A stretch of DNA of 39,224 bases from Enterobacteria phage IME177: sequence record MZ398247.1; one strand, given 5' to 3'. Shown here piece after piece: positions 27,680 to 36,504 of the stretch. Each line of letters begins with the position of its first letter. The stretch's first letter is position 1. Position numbers and translations under genes: made by a program. The notes under the pieces were generated by a model, which was not told the origin of the DNA, searched no databases, and worked only from the letters and a program-made list of their open reading frames with translations.

Positions 27680-28564
27680 ATGTCTCAATCAGTTTATGCC
27701 GAGTTCGGCGTTAGCTCTAATGCAATCACTGGTTCTGTTGAGGACCTGAACGAACACCAGAAGTCTATGCTTGAACAGGACGTAGCTGTTCGTGATGGCG
27801 ATGACGCTATTACCTTCAAGCAACTGGAAGCTGAAAATGAAGAGGCGACCGAAGAAGACGAAAACGTCGAAGAGACCGATGGTGAAGAAGACATCGAGTC
27901 CGATGACGAAGAGTCTGAGACCGATGGTGAGCAGCCTGAGTTCATCGAACTAGGTGATGCACCGAAAGAGCTGACTGAAAGTGTCACCGCTCTGGATGAA
28001 AACGAAGCTGCATTTGACGACATGGTGTCTTCTGCTGTAGAAGCTGGCAAGGTCACTGCTGATGAAATTACCGCTATCAAGGCTGAATACGCCAAGGACG
28101 GTAAGCTGTCTGACGCATCCTACGCTAAGTTGCAGGAAGCAGGTTACACCAAGCGTTTCGTAGATTCGTTTGTCCGTGGTCAGGAAGCTCTTGCTGAACA
28201 GTATGCTGCTGGTGTGGTTCGCTACGCTGGTGGTGCTGAACAGTTTAATCGCATCCTGTCACACCTTGAGTCCAACGACCCGTCAACTCGTGAAGCACTG
28301 GAAGCTGCTATCGTTCGTAAGGACATTGCGACTACCAAAGCTCTGCTGAATCTGGCTGGCAAGACTCTGGGTAAAGCTGTAGGTGTTAAACCTCAGCGAA
28401 CCATCACCACTCAGGCTAAACCTGTGGTCGCACCTAAGGCTCCTCAGACCGAAGCATTCAGCTCCAAGGCTGACATGATTAAGGCTATGAGTGACCCGCG
28501 ATACCTGCGTGACGCTAAGTACACGATGGAAGTTCGCGCTAAGGTAGCTGCATCAAGCCTGTAG
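27680..28564 (+). CDS. gp9: capsid assembly (scaffolding) protein (gp9-like)
   Basis: 294 aa, highly acidic Glu/Asp-rich N-terminal half; RBS aaaggag; between portal and major capsid genes. Confidence 0.88.
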   Translation: MSQSVYAEFGVSSNAITGSVEDLNEHQKSMLEQDVAVRDGDDAITFKQLEAENEEATEEDENVEETDGEEDIESDDEESETDGEQPEFIELGDAPKELTESVTALDENEAAFDDMVSSAVEAGKVTADEITAIKAEYAKDGKLSDASYAKLQEAGYTKRFVDSFVRGQEALAEQYAAGVVRYAGGAEQFNRILSHLESNDPSTREALEAAIVRKDIATTKALLNLAGKTLGKAVGVKPQRTITTQAKPVVAPKAPQTEAFSSKADMIKAMSDPRYLRDAKYTMEVRAKVAASSL

Positions 28565-28565
28565 G

Positions 28566-28588
28566 ACTAAACTATCACTATAGGGAGA
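28566..28588 (+). promoter_or_regulatory. phage RNA polymerase promoter (phi10-like, strong), predicted +1 at 28583
   Basis: ctaaactatcactatagggagac; TCACTATAGGGAGA identical to T7 strong promoters from -7 to +6. Confidence 0.85.
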
Positions 28589-28690
28589 CCAAGATACAGA
28601 CTCAAGGTTCCCCTATTACTTCAGTCCATACGGATTGGGCGTAAAGCAAGTAATAAACTTTATCTTTCAATTGAATAGGAGAATTATCAT

Positions 28691-29740
28691 ATGGCAAACG
28701 TTCCGGGTCAGAAAGTAGGTACAGACCAAGGTAAAGGCAAATCTGGTTCCGACGCTCTGGCGTTGTTCCTGAAGGTCTTTGCTGGCGAAGTCCTGACCGC
28801 ATTCACTCGCCGCTCTGTAACTGCTGACAAGCATATTGTCCGTACAATTCAGAACGGTAAGTCTGCTCAGTTCCCGGTCATGGGTCGCACCTCTGGTGTG
28901 TATCTGGCTCCGGGTGAGCGACTGTCCGATAAGCGTAAAGGTATCAAACATACCGAGAAAACAATTACCATTGATGGTCTGCTGACTGCCGATGTGATGA
29001 TTTTCGACATTGAAGACGCGATGAACCACTATGACGTGGCTGGTGAGTATTCCAACCAGTTGGGTGAAGCTCTGGCTATCGCTGCTGATGGTGCGGTTCT
29101 GGCTGAAACGGCTCTCTTGTGTAACCTCCCAGCTGCATCCAACGAGAACATCGCTGGTCTGGGTACTGCGTCCGTACTGGAAGTTGGTACGAAAGCTGAC
29201 CTCAACACCCCGGCTAAACTGGGCGAAGCAATCATCGGTCAACTGACCATCGCTCGTGCGAAACTGACCTCCAACTACGTTCCTGCTGGCGACCGTTATT
29301 TCTATACAACGCCGGATAACTATTCTGCAATCCTCGCGGCTCTGATGCCGAACGCTGCTAACTATGCTGCGCTGATTGACCCAGAGACTGGTAACATCCG
29401 TAACGTAATGGGCTTCGTGGTTGTTGAAGTCCCACACTTGACTCAGGGTGGTGCTGGTGAAACTCGTGGTGATGATGGTATCACTATTGCGACTGGTCAG
29501 AAGCACGCCTTCCCAGCTACTGCTACTGGTAATGTTAAAGTTGCTCTGGACAACGTTGTGGGCCTGTTCTCTCACCGTTCTGCTGTGGGTACTGTGAAGC
29601 TTCGTGACTTGGCGCTGGAACGTGACCGTGACGTTGATGCTCAGGGCGACCTGATTGTTGGTAAGTACGCTATGGGTCACGGTGGTCTGCGTCCTGAAGC
29701 GGCGGGTGCGCTGGTTTTCACAGCAGCGTCAGCGGGCTAA
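28691..29740 (+). CDS. gp10A: major capsid protein (gp10A-like)
   Basis: 349 aa, codon usage typical of highly expressed gene (cgt/ctg/ggt rich); strong RBS ataggag; follows phi10-like promoter and precedes Tphi-like terminator. Confidence 0.96.
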   Translation: MANVPGQKVGTDQGKGKSGSDALALFLKVFAGEVLTAFTRRSVTADKHIVRTIQNGKSAQFPVMGRTSGVYLAPGERLSDKRKGIKHTEKTITIDGLLTADVMIFDIEDAMNHYDVAGEYSNQLGEALAIAADGAVLAETALLCNLPAASNENIAGLGTASVLEVGTKADLNTPAKLGEAIIGQLTIARAKLTSNYVPAGDRYFYTTPDNYSAILAALMPNAANYAALIDPETGNIRNVMGFVVVEVPHLTQGGAGETRGDDGITIATGQKHAFPATATGNVKVALDNVVGLFSHRSAVGTVKLRDLALERDRDVDAQGDLIVGKYAMGHGGLRPEAAGALVFTAASAG

Positions 29741-30003
29741 CGACCTTTAAGGCCCTCTCTACAGAGGGTCCTACCTTAGAGACGTACAGTTCTACGGTGG
29801 GGACCAGCCTGAAGGTTGACTTACCTGAGCTTTCAGATGTGACCGATTGGTCGCTGCTTGAGGTGACTACGCCTGATGGTGTTAGCTACTCCCGTAGAAC
29901 CAACAGTCTCTACTTCAAGGCCACCTCTGGCGCGGAAGGTCTGGTGATTGTTGGGTATGACGGTTCGCCTGTGCGTTCCTTCAACGTATCTTTCACAAAC
30001 TAA
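29713..30003 (+). CDS. gp10B: -1 frameshift site (G GTT TTC at 29713-29719) and -1 frame extension giving a minor capsid protein (10B-like, ~437 aa)
   Basis: Slippery heptamer GGTTTTC sits 6 codons before the 10A stop; the -1 frame is open from 29716 to the stop at 30001-30003, which directly abuts the terminator. Confidence 0.6.
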   Translation, partial: GFHSSVSGLTTFKALSTEGPTLETYSSTVGTSLKVDLPELSDVTDWSLLEVTTPDGVSYSRRTNSLYFKATSGAEGLVIVGYDGSPVRSFNVSFTN

Positions 30004-30006
30004 TTG

Positions 30007-30046
30007 AAACCCCTTGGGTGCCTTCGGGTGCTTGAGGGGTTTTTTT
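30007..30046 (+). terminator. rho-independent terminator (Tphi-like)
   Basis: aaccccttgggtgccttcgggtgcttgaggggttttttt, very similar to T7 Tphi (AACCCCTTGGGGCCTCTAAACGGGTCTTGAGGGGTTTTTTG as recalled). Confidence 0.9.
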
Positions 30047-30059
30047 GCTTAGAGTGAGG

Positions 30060-30155
30060 ATGATTATGTTTTACTTACTTACAGCCTTGGGACTATTTGT
30101 TAGTTTCTGGGCGATTATATTATTAACCGGACCATGCAGTCCTTACGACAGATAG
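30060..30155 (+). CDS. small hydrophobic ORF (31 aa) between Tphi and gene 11
   Basis: MIMFYLLTALGLFVSFWAIILLTGPCSPYDR; weak RBS gagg; speculative. Confidence 0.25.
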   Translation: MIMFYLLTALGLFVSFWAIILLTGPCSPYDR

Positions 30156-30163
30156 GAGGGAGT

Positions 30164-30730
30164 ATGGCTCAATACATTCCACTGAATGCTAACGATGACT
30201 TAGACGCTATCAACGATATGTTAGCTGCTATCGGTGAACCAGCAGTCCTACAGCTTGACGAGGGGAATGCTGACGTCTCGAACGCCCAACGTATCCTGCA
30301 TCGTGTCAATCGTCAGGTCCAAGCTAAAGGCTGGAACTTTAACATCAACGAAGCTGCTGTCCTGACACCTGATGTCCAAGACAATAGGATTCGATTCTTG
30401 CCGTCATACCTTCGTGTAATGACCGCTGGGGCCACCAGCTACTACAGCAACATGGGTGGATACCTGTACGACCTGTCCACTCAGTCGACCACTTTCACCG
30501 ACCCTATCACGGTAGAGCTTGTGGAGATGAAGCCATTCTCAGAGATGCCTGTGGTCTTCAGGGACTACATCGTCACTAAAGCTAGCCGTGAGTTCAACGC
30601 TAAGTTCTTCGGTAGCCCAGAGTCTGAACTGTACCTTCGTGAGCAGGAAGCAGAACTCTATCAGCAGGTCATGGAATACGAGATGGATACTGGTCGCTAC
30701 AACATGATGTCCGACATTGGGAGAGACTAA
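30164..30730 (+). CDS. gp11: tail tubular protein A (gp11-like)
   Basis: ATG 30164 after gataggaggg; ...AIGEPAV..., RDYIVTKASREFNAKFFGSPE, MEYEMDTGRYNM colinear with T7 gp11 as recalled (track ORF starts at upstream in-frame ATG 30134). Confidence 0.93.
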   Translation: MAQYIPLNANDDLDAINDMLAAIGEPAVLQLDEGNADVSNAQRILHRVNRQVQAKGWNFNINEAAVLTPDVQDNRIRFLPSYLRVMTAGATSYYSNMGGYLYDLSTQSTTFTDPITVELVEMKPFSEMPVVFRDYIVTKASREFNAKFFGSPESELYLREQEAELYQQVMEYEMDTGRYNMMSDIGRD

Positions 30731-33087
30731 TGCCACTAATTACTCAATCAATCAAGAACCTTAAGGGTGGCATTAGCCAACAGCCTGACATACTGAGGTT
30801 CTCAGACCAAGGCGAGTCACAGGTTAACTGCTGGTCATCAGAGAGTGATGGCCTCCAGAAGCGTCCACCTACAGTCTTCAAGCGACGTCTTAACATCGAC
30901 GTTGGGAGCAACCCTAAGTTCCACCTGATTAACCGTGATGAGCATGAGCAGTATTACATCGTGTTCAATGGGTCCAACATTCAGGTAGTTGACTTGAGTG
31001 GTAATCAATACTCAGTGTCAGGTGCGGTAGACTACGTTAAGTCCTCCAACCCACGAGATGACATCCGTGTCGTTACCGTGGCAGACTATACGTTCGTCGT
31101 TAACCGTAAGGTTGTCGTCAAAAGTGGAAGCGAGAAGTCACACTCTGGTTATAACCGCAAAGCACGAGCTTTAATTAACCTGCGTGGTGGGCAGTATGGT
31201 CGAACCCTTAAGGTGGGAATCAACGGTGGCGTTAAGGTCTCGCATAAGCTACCAGCAGGTAATGATGCCGAGAATGACCCACCTAAGGTGGACGCTCAAG
31301 CCATTGGTGCAGCTCTGAGAGACCTTCTTGTTCAGTCCTATCCTGACTTCACGTTTGACCTTGGGTCTGGCTTCCTGCTAATCACAGCTCCTTCAGGGAC
31401 CGACATTAACTCAGTGGAGACGGAGGATGGCTACGCTAACCAGCTAATAAGCCCAGTCCTAGACACTGTGCAGACAATCTCTAAACTACCTCTTGCCGCT
31501 CCTAATGGGTATATCATTAAGGTTCAAGGTGAAACAAACAGTAGCGCCGATGAATACTACGTGATGTATGACTCCAACACTAAGACGTGGAAGGAGACAG
31601 TGGAGCCGGGAGTTGTCACTGGGTTCAACAACACCACAATGCCACATGCTCTGGTAAGACAGTCTGACGGCTCCTTTGAGTTCAAGACTCTGGATTGGTC
31701 CAAGCGTGGTGCTGGTAACGATGACACCAACCCTATGCCTAGCTTCGTGGATGCTGCGATTAATGATGTGTTCTTCTACAGGAACAGGCTAGGGTTCTTG
31801 TCGGGTGAGAACGTAATCATGAGCCGTTCAGCCAGCTACTTTGCGTTCTTCCCTAAGAGTGTGGCGACACTGAGTGATGCCGATCCTATTGATGTAGCTG
31901 TAAGTCACCCTCGAATCTCAATCCTTAAGTATGCCGTTCCGTTTAGCGAGCAGCTACTACTTTGGTCGGATGAGGTTCAGTTCGTGATGACAAGCTCTGG
32001 GGTCCTTACCTCGAAGTCTATCCAGCTTGATGTAGGCTCAGAGTTTGCCTTAGGCGATAATGCCAGACCGTTCGCTGTAGGACGCTCAGTCTTCTTCTCA
32101 GCTCCTCGTGGGTCATTCACCAGCATTAAGCGATACTTCGCTGTAGCTGATGTGTCTGATGTGAAGGACGCTGATGATACAACCGGTCACGTATTGTCCT
32201 ACATCCCTAACGGGGTGTTTGATATTCAAGGTACAGGGACTGAGAACTACATCTGCGTCAACTCTACAGGTGCATACAACCGAATCTACATCTACAAGTT
32301 CTTGTTTAAGGACGGCGTACAGCTTCAAGCCTCTTGGTCACACTGGGAGTTCCCTAAAGATGATAAGATTCTGGCGTCTGCTTCTATTGGCTCTACCATG
32401 TTCATTGTTCGTCAGCACCAAGGAGGGGTAGACATTGAGCACCTTAAGTTCATCAAGGAGGCAACTGACTTCCCGTCAGAGCCATATAGACTACACATTG
32501 ACTCCAAGGTGTCTATGGTAATTCCAATTGGCTCATATAACGCTGACACCTATAAGACTACGGTTGACATTGGTGCTGCTTATGGCGGCAACGCTCCGTC
32601 TCCCGGTCGGTACTATCTGATTGACAGTCAGGGTGCTTATGTGGACCTTGGGGACTTGACCAGTATCTCTACTGTGATTACCCTCAACGGCGATTGGTCA
32701 GGACGTACAGTGTTCATCGGACGGCCCTATCTGATGTCCTACAAGTTCTCACGGTTCCTGATTAAGATTGAAGATGATAGTGGCACTCAGTCTGAAGACA
32801 CTGGTCGTCTACAGCTTCGTCGGGCTTGGGTCAACTACAAGGACACTGGCGCTCTGAGACTCATTGTCAGAAACGGTGAGCGGGAGTTCGTGAATACCTT
32901 CAACGGGTACACCCTTGGTCAGCAAACCATCGGTACTACAAACATTGGTGACGGGCAGTATCGATTCGCTATGAATGGTAACGCATTAACCACGAGTCTA
33001 ACCTTAGAGTCCGACTATCCTACCCCAGTGTCCATCGTTGGGTGTGGCTGGGAGGCATCATACGCTAAGAAAGCTCGTTCAGTCTAA
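30730..33087 (+). CDS. gp12: tail tubular protein B (gp12-like)
   Basis: 785 aa; start overlaps gp11 stop (TAATG); size and position match T7 gp12 (794 aa). Confidence 0.93.
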   Translation: MPLITQSIKNLKGGISQQPDILRFSDQGESQVNCWSSESDGLQKRPPTVFKRRLNIDVGSNPKFHLINRDEHEQYYIVFNGSNIQVVDLSGNQYSVSGAVDYVKSSNPRDDIRVVTVADYTFVVNRKVVVKSGSEKSHSGYNRKARALINLRGGQYGRTLKVGINGGVKVSHKLPAGNDAENDPPKVDAQAIGAALRDLLVQSYPDFTFDLGSGFLLITAPSGTDINSVETEDGYANQLISPVLDTVQTISKLPLAAPNGYIIKVQGETNSSADEYYVMYDSNTKTWKETVEPGVVTGFNNTTMPHALVRQSDGSFEFKTLDWSKRGAGNDDTNPMPSFVDAAINDVFFYRNRLGFLSGENVIMSRSASYFAFFPKSVATLSDADPIDVAVSHPRISILKYAVPFSEQLLLWSDEVQFVMTSSGVLTSKSIQLDVGSEFALGDNARPFAVGRSVFFSAPRGSFTSIKRYFAVADVSDVKDADDTTGHVLSYIPNGVFDIQGTGTENYICVNSTGAYNRIYIYKFLFKDGVQLQASWSHWEFPKDDKILASASIGSTMFIVRQHQGGVDIEHLKFIKEATDFPSEPYRLHIDSKVSMVIPIGSYNADTYKTTVDIGAAYGGNAPSPGRYYLIDSQGAYVDLGDLTSISTVITLNGDWSGRTVFIGRPYLMSYKFSRFLIKIEDDSGTQSEDTGRLQLRRAWVNYKDTGALRLIVRNGEREFVNTFNGYTLGQQTIGTTNIGDGQYRFAMNGNALTTSLTLESDYPTPVSIVGCGWEASYAKKARSV

Positions 33088-33094
33088 CTTATTG

Positions 33095-33144
33095 AAGGGC
33101 CTATAGATTTACCTTAACTATCACTATAGGGACTATAGGCCCTT
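33095..33144 (+). promoter_or_regulatory. 12-bp perfect inverted repeat (aagggcctatag / ctataggccctt) bracketing the phi13-like promoter
   Basis: Arms at 33095-33106 and 33133-33144 read directly from sequence. Confidence 0.5.
33112..33134 (+). promoter_or_regulatory. phage RNA polymerase promoter (phi13-like), predicted +1 at 33129
   Basis: accttaactatcactatagggac. Confidence 0.8.
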
Positions 33145-33163
33145 AAGGTTATAAGGAGACTTT

Positions 33164-33634
33164 ATGTATATTCGCAAGGCTACGGAACCGGATGTCCACT
33201 ACTTTCTGTGGCATCTTTCAGCAGATGATGTTAATGAGTGCAAAGCAAACTACGGGTCAACCGTTGGTCTCTCTGAAAGACTGCTTAAGCACCTATCTCC
33301 GTCATCTGTGGTTTTAACGAACGGTGTAGGCGAAGTGTTTGCCTATGGTGGAAACCAAGGGGATAACGTATGGTTCTTGACTTCCGGTCTGGTCTATAAG
33401 CTGAGACCTAAAGAGAAGCGAGAGTTCATAAAGCGTATCTCTGAGTACAGGGACTTAATGTTAGACCAATACGGGACCATCTGGAACTACGTGTGGTCAG
33501 GCAATAAGTCTCACATTAAATTCTTGAAGTTGCTTGGGGCTAAGTTCCATGATGATTGGACTATCAGCCCGGTAACTGGTGAGCGTTTTCAATTATTCAC
33601 TATCTCTAAGGAGGACGTATGTGTGAACCCGTAA
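33164..33634 (+). CDS. gp13: internal virion protein A (gp13-like)
   Basis: 156 aa ORF with RBS taaggag after phi13-like promoter; assignment by position. Confidence 0.7.
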   Translation: MYIRKATEPDVHYFLWHLSADDVNECKANYGSTVGLSERLLKHLSPSSVVLTNGVGEVFAYGGNQGDNVWFLTSGLVYKLRPKEKREFIKRISEYRDLMLDQYGTIWNYVWSGNKSHIKFLKLLGAKFHDDWTISPVTGERFQLFTISKEDVCVNP

Positions 33635-34206
33635 GTATCGGTCTAGGAATCATGGCTGTAGCCGGGGCCACTATGTCCGCATCCCAACAGGCCAAGGCAG
33701 AAGGTGCAGCAATTGACGCTCAGAACCGACAGGCTCAGGAAATGGTTAAGCAGATGAACTACTCTGACGCCAACCTGAAGATGCAGGAGCGAGACCTGAA
33801 GGAGCAGCAGATGGCTGAACTGACAGAGACCACTCTAAACGGTATCCGCAATCAGGGGATGGTCCGAGCTGCAGTGGCTGAGTCAGGTCTGGAAGGTAAC
33901 TCTATGGACAGGATTGAACGTCAGGTCGAAGGAGATACAGTCAAGGAGCGAGCAGGGATTACCGAAAGTTACAACCGCGACTATGCGGCTATCTTCGGGA
34001 ACCGTATCGCCAACATTGAGAACACCAAGTCTGCTATCCGTGGTCAAGGTAAAATCATCAGGACCAGCCCACTGGCTCATGCACTTAATGTTGCTAACTC
34101 CGGGATGCAAGGTTACGCTGCTGGTGAATCAATGTCTGGGTCATCCAGCTCTGGCGGTTCTGCACCAATTAGGGCTGCTAAAGGCACACCTACAGGTCAT
34201 AGCTAA
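33619..34206 (+). CDS. gp14: internal virion protein B (gp14-like)
   Basis: 195 aa; MCEP..., ...GNSMDRIERQVEGD..., ...NRDYAAIFG... colinear with T7 gp14 as recalled. Confidence 0.88.
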   Translation: MCEPVSIGLGIMAVAGATMSASQQAKAEGAAIDAQNRQAQEMVKQMNYSDANLKMQERDLKEQQMAELTETTLNGIRNQGMVRAAVAESGLEGNSMDRIERQVEGDTVKERAGITESYNRDYAAIFGNRIANIENTKSAIRGQGKIIRTSPLAHALNVANSGMQGYAAGESMSGSSSSGGSAPIRAAKGTPTGHS

Positions 34207-34217
34207 TAGGAGGACTA

Positions 34218-36500
34218 ATGGCTAGTAATATTGAATCAGCTCTGGCTAATCGGACTATGGGTCGCGGCAGAGCGCCGGGTAAAACTATCGCCGTAAACTA
34301 TCAAGCAGCCAGCGTTCAGGCTCCGACTGGTGACTCCGGTCTGGCTCGTGCGTTAACCAACTTCGTTGAGTCTGGGACTGGATTGTACAAGCAGTTCAAG
34401 GACGATGAAAAGACACGGGCCGACGAGAGGTCTAACGAGATTATCCGTAAGCTGACACCTCAGCAAAGACGTGAGGCTATCCAGAACGGCACATTGCTGT
34501 ATCAGGATGACCCTTACGCTATGGAAGCACTTCGAGTCAAGACTGGTCGTAATGCTGCCTTTGCTGTAGACGACGAGATTAACGTTAAGATTCAGAACGG
34601 TGAGTTCCGTACACGTCAGGACATGGAAGAGTATCGCCACCAGCGACTTCAGGATGCCGCTAAGTCCTATGCTGAAGAGGCAGGTATTAACCCTACCGAC
34701 GAGTTCTTCCAGCGTGGCTTCAACGATAACATCACGGACAGAAACATCGCTATCTATGGGTCTTTCAATAAGTATTTCAGCAAGCAGTCTGAAGAGACAG
34801 CAATGTTGAACACTCGTATTGAGATGAACTCATTCCTGAACGATGGCGACCTGATGCGTTCACCTGAGTCTGGCAAGACATTCATGGCCTACCTTCGGGA
34901 TGGATTGACGACTGCTGCTATACCTTCGGACCAGAGAGCACGGGAGGTCATTACCCAGACGGTCCGTGACGCAATCCAGAAGTCAGGAGGCTCAAACTTC
35001 CTACAGCAAGTCCGTGGCGAGCGTATCACCCTTAACGGTGTTGACGCTACCATCGAAGAGATTGTAGGACCTGACGTCTTCAATGCTGCTACGGTTGAGG
35101 CCCAAGGTACTGAGTATAAACTGGTGGCTAAGTATCAGGAAGACTTGTCGTTAGGCGTTCAGTCTGCGATTCTTCAGGATGACCCAACCATCGGTCTGGC
35201 CCAGATTCAGAAACTCAAGGAGCAGAACAACCTGCTTCAGCCGGGTGAAGAACTAACGCCTCAGCGTCAGATGCTTATTAATGCCGAAGCCAGCTTACTG
35301 GAAGCGGTCAAGCGTAAGTCTGCTGAACAGGCAAAGGAGAACACTAAGTTAATCCAGACCCAGAACAAGCAACTGGTCATCGACCAAGTTTATCAGCGAC
35401 GTCTGGCTGGGGACAACGTGTCCACCAACTATGAGGACCTTCCGGTCTCTGAAGCTACAGGAGAGTTCAAGCGTTCAGACATGAACAACTATGCGTCTGC
35501 TAAGCTACAGCAGATTGACCAGATGGACATCCCTGAGGCTGCTAAAGACGCACAGAAGGTGGCATTGTTAAGGGCTGACACTAACAATGGTCCGTTCCGT
35601 AATGCCTTCCAGACGCTGACTCAGGACGCTGCTGGTGAGTGGCAAGCTGCGGTCATCCGTGGGCAGTACGACCCAGACAAGATGCAACGCTTCGAATCTC
35701 TTCGTCGTGCCTACACTCAGGACCCTTCAAGTTTTGCTGCTCTGTATCCTGACCAAGCTCAGTTGTTCTCTACGTTCGACCAGATGGACAAGATGGGTCT
35801 GGACCCTCAGACGATGATTGAAGCTGATAAGCAAGCTGCAAGTCAAAGCCGTGAGATGCGCATGGAGTCAGACAAGGCGTGGCAGGAGTTGAAGAATGAC
35901 TCTCGGAATAAGGACCTTTCGCGTCTTCCTACGTCTCTGGACGCAAGTGCTCGTAAGGTCTGGGACTCATGGTACTATCGTACAGGTAACGCTGACGCTG
36001 CAACTCAGCAGACTCAACGCTGGCTGAATGAGAACACCATAACGTTCCAGTCTGAAGGTTCTGACGGTAAGTCCATCGGCATGGTGTCCAAGCACCAGCT
36101 TATGGTCGGGGATAACCCAGAGTCGTGGCAGGTGGGTCGAGACATTATCGACACCGCTCGTAAGCAGCTCATTAAGGCCAACCCTTGGGTAGTGAACTCT
36201 CAGTTGTCCGTTGTTGAACAGAACGGCTCTATCTTCCTCCAAGACGCTACAGGGACTATTCGTATTCGGTACGATAAAGAACTTGTAGGTAAACTCTACC
36301 GCGAACAACAGCAGAAGGCACAAGATGCCGCATACGCTCAGGCAGAACGTGACGCTAACAAGCGAGCGCGTATCGTCGGGACTAAAGCTGCTGGTGACAA
36401 ACGTCGAGCTGACCGAGAGGCCAACATCGAGAAGCGCGGTGGGATGTACAATGACGTCTCACTGGAGGGTATCGCAAAAGTACTAATTGGTAAGGAGTAA
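34218..36500 (+). CDS. gp15: internal virion protein C (gp15-like)
   Basis: 760 aa, RBS taggagg; size and position match T7 gp15 (747 aa). Confidence 0.9.
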   Translation: MASNIESALANRTMGRGRAPGKTIAVNYQAASVQAPTGDSGLARALTNFVESGTGLYKQFKDDEKTRADERSNEIIRKLTPQQRREAIQNGTLLYQDDPYAMEALRVKTGRNAAFAVDDEINVKIQNGEFRTRQDMEEYRHQRLQDAAKSYAEEAGINPTDEFFQRGFNDNITDRNIAIYGSFNKYFSKQSEETAMLNTRIEMNSFLNDGDLMRSPESGKTFMAYLRDGLTTAAIPSDQRAREVITQTVRDAIQKSGGSNFLQQVRGERITLNGVDATIEEIVGPDVFNAATVEAQGTEYKLVAKYQEDLSLGVQSAILQDDPTIGLAQIQKLKEQNNLLQPGEELTPQRQMLINAEASLLEAVKRKSAEQAKENTKLIQTQNKQLVIDQVYQRRLAGDNVSTNYEDLPVSEATGEFKRSDMNNYASAKLQQIDQMDIPEAAKDAQKVALLRADTNNGPFRNAFQTLTQDAAGEWQAAVIRGQYDPDKMQRFESLRRAYTQDPSSFAALYPDQAQLFSTFDQMDKMGLDPQTMIEADKQAASQSREMRMESDKAWQELKNDSRNKDLSRLPTSLDASARKVWDSWYYRTGNADAATQQTQRWLNENTITFQSEGSDGKSIGMVSKHQLMVGDNPESWQVGRDIIDTARKQLIKANPWVVNSQLSVVEQNGSIFLQDATGTIRIRYDKELVGKLYREQQQKAQDAAYAQAERDANKRARIVGTKAAGDKRRADREANIEKRGGMYNDVSLEGIAKVLIGKE

Positions 36501-36504
36501 CATA

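Noticed and set aside
28667-29680. 337-aa ORF on the minus strand antisense to the major capsid gene
   Set aside because: It exactly shadows the strongly supported + strand capsid gene, has no RBS or promoter context, and T7-like genomes are transcribed only left to right. Long antisense ORFs are expected opposite genes with biased codon usage.
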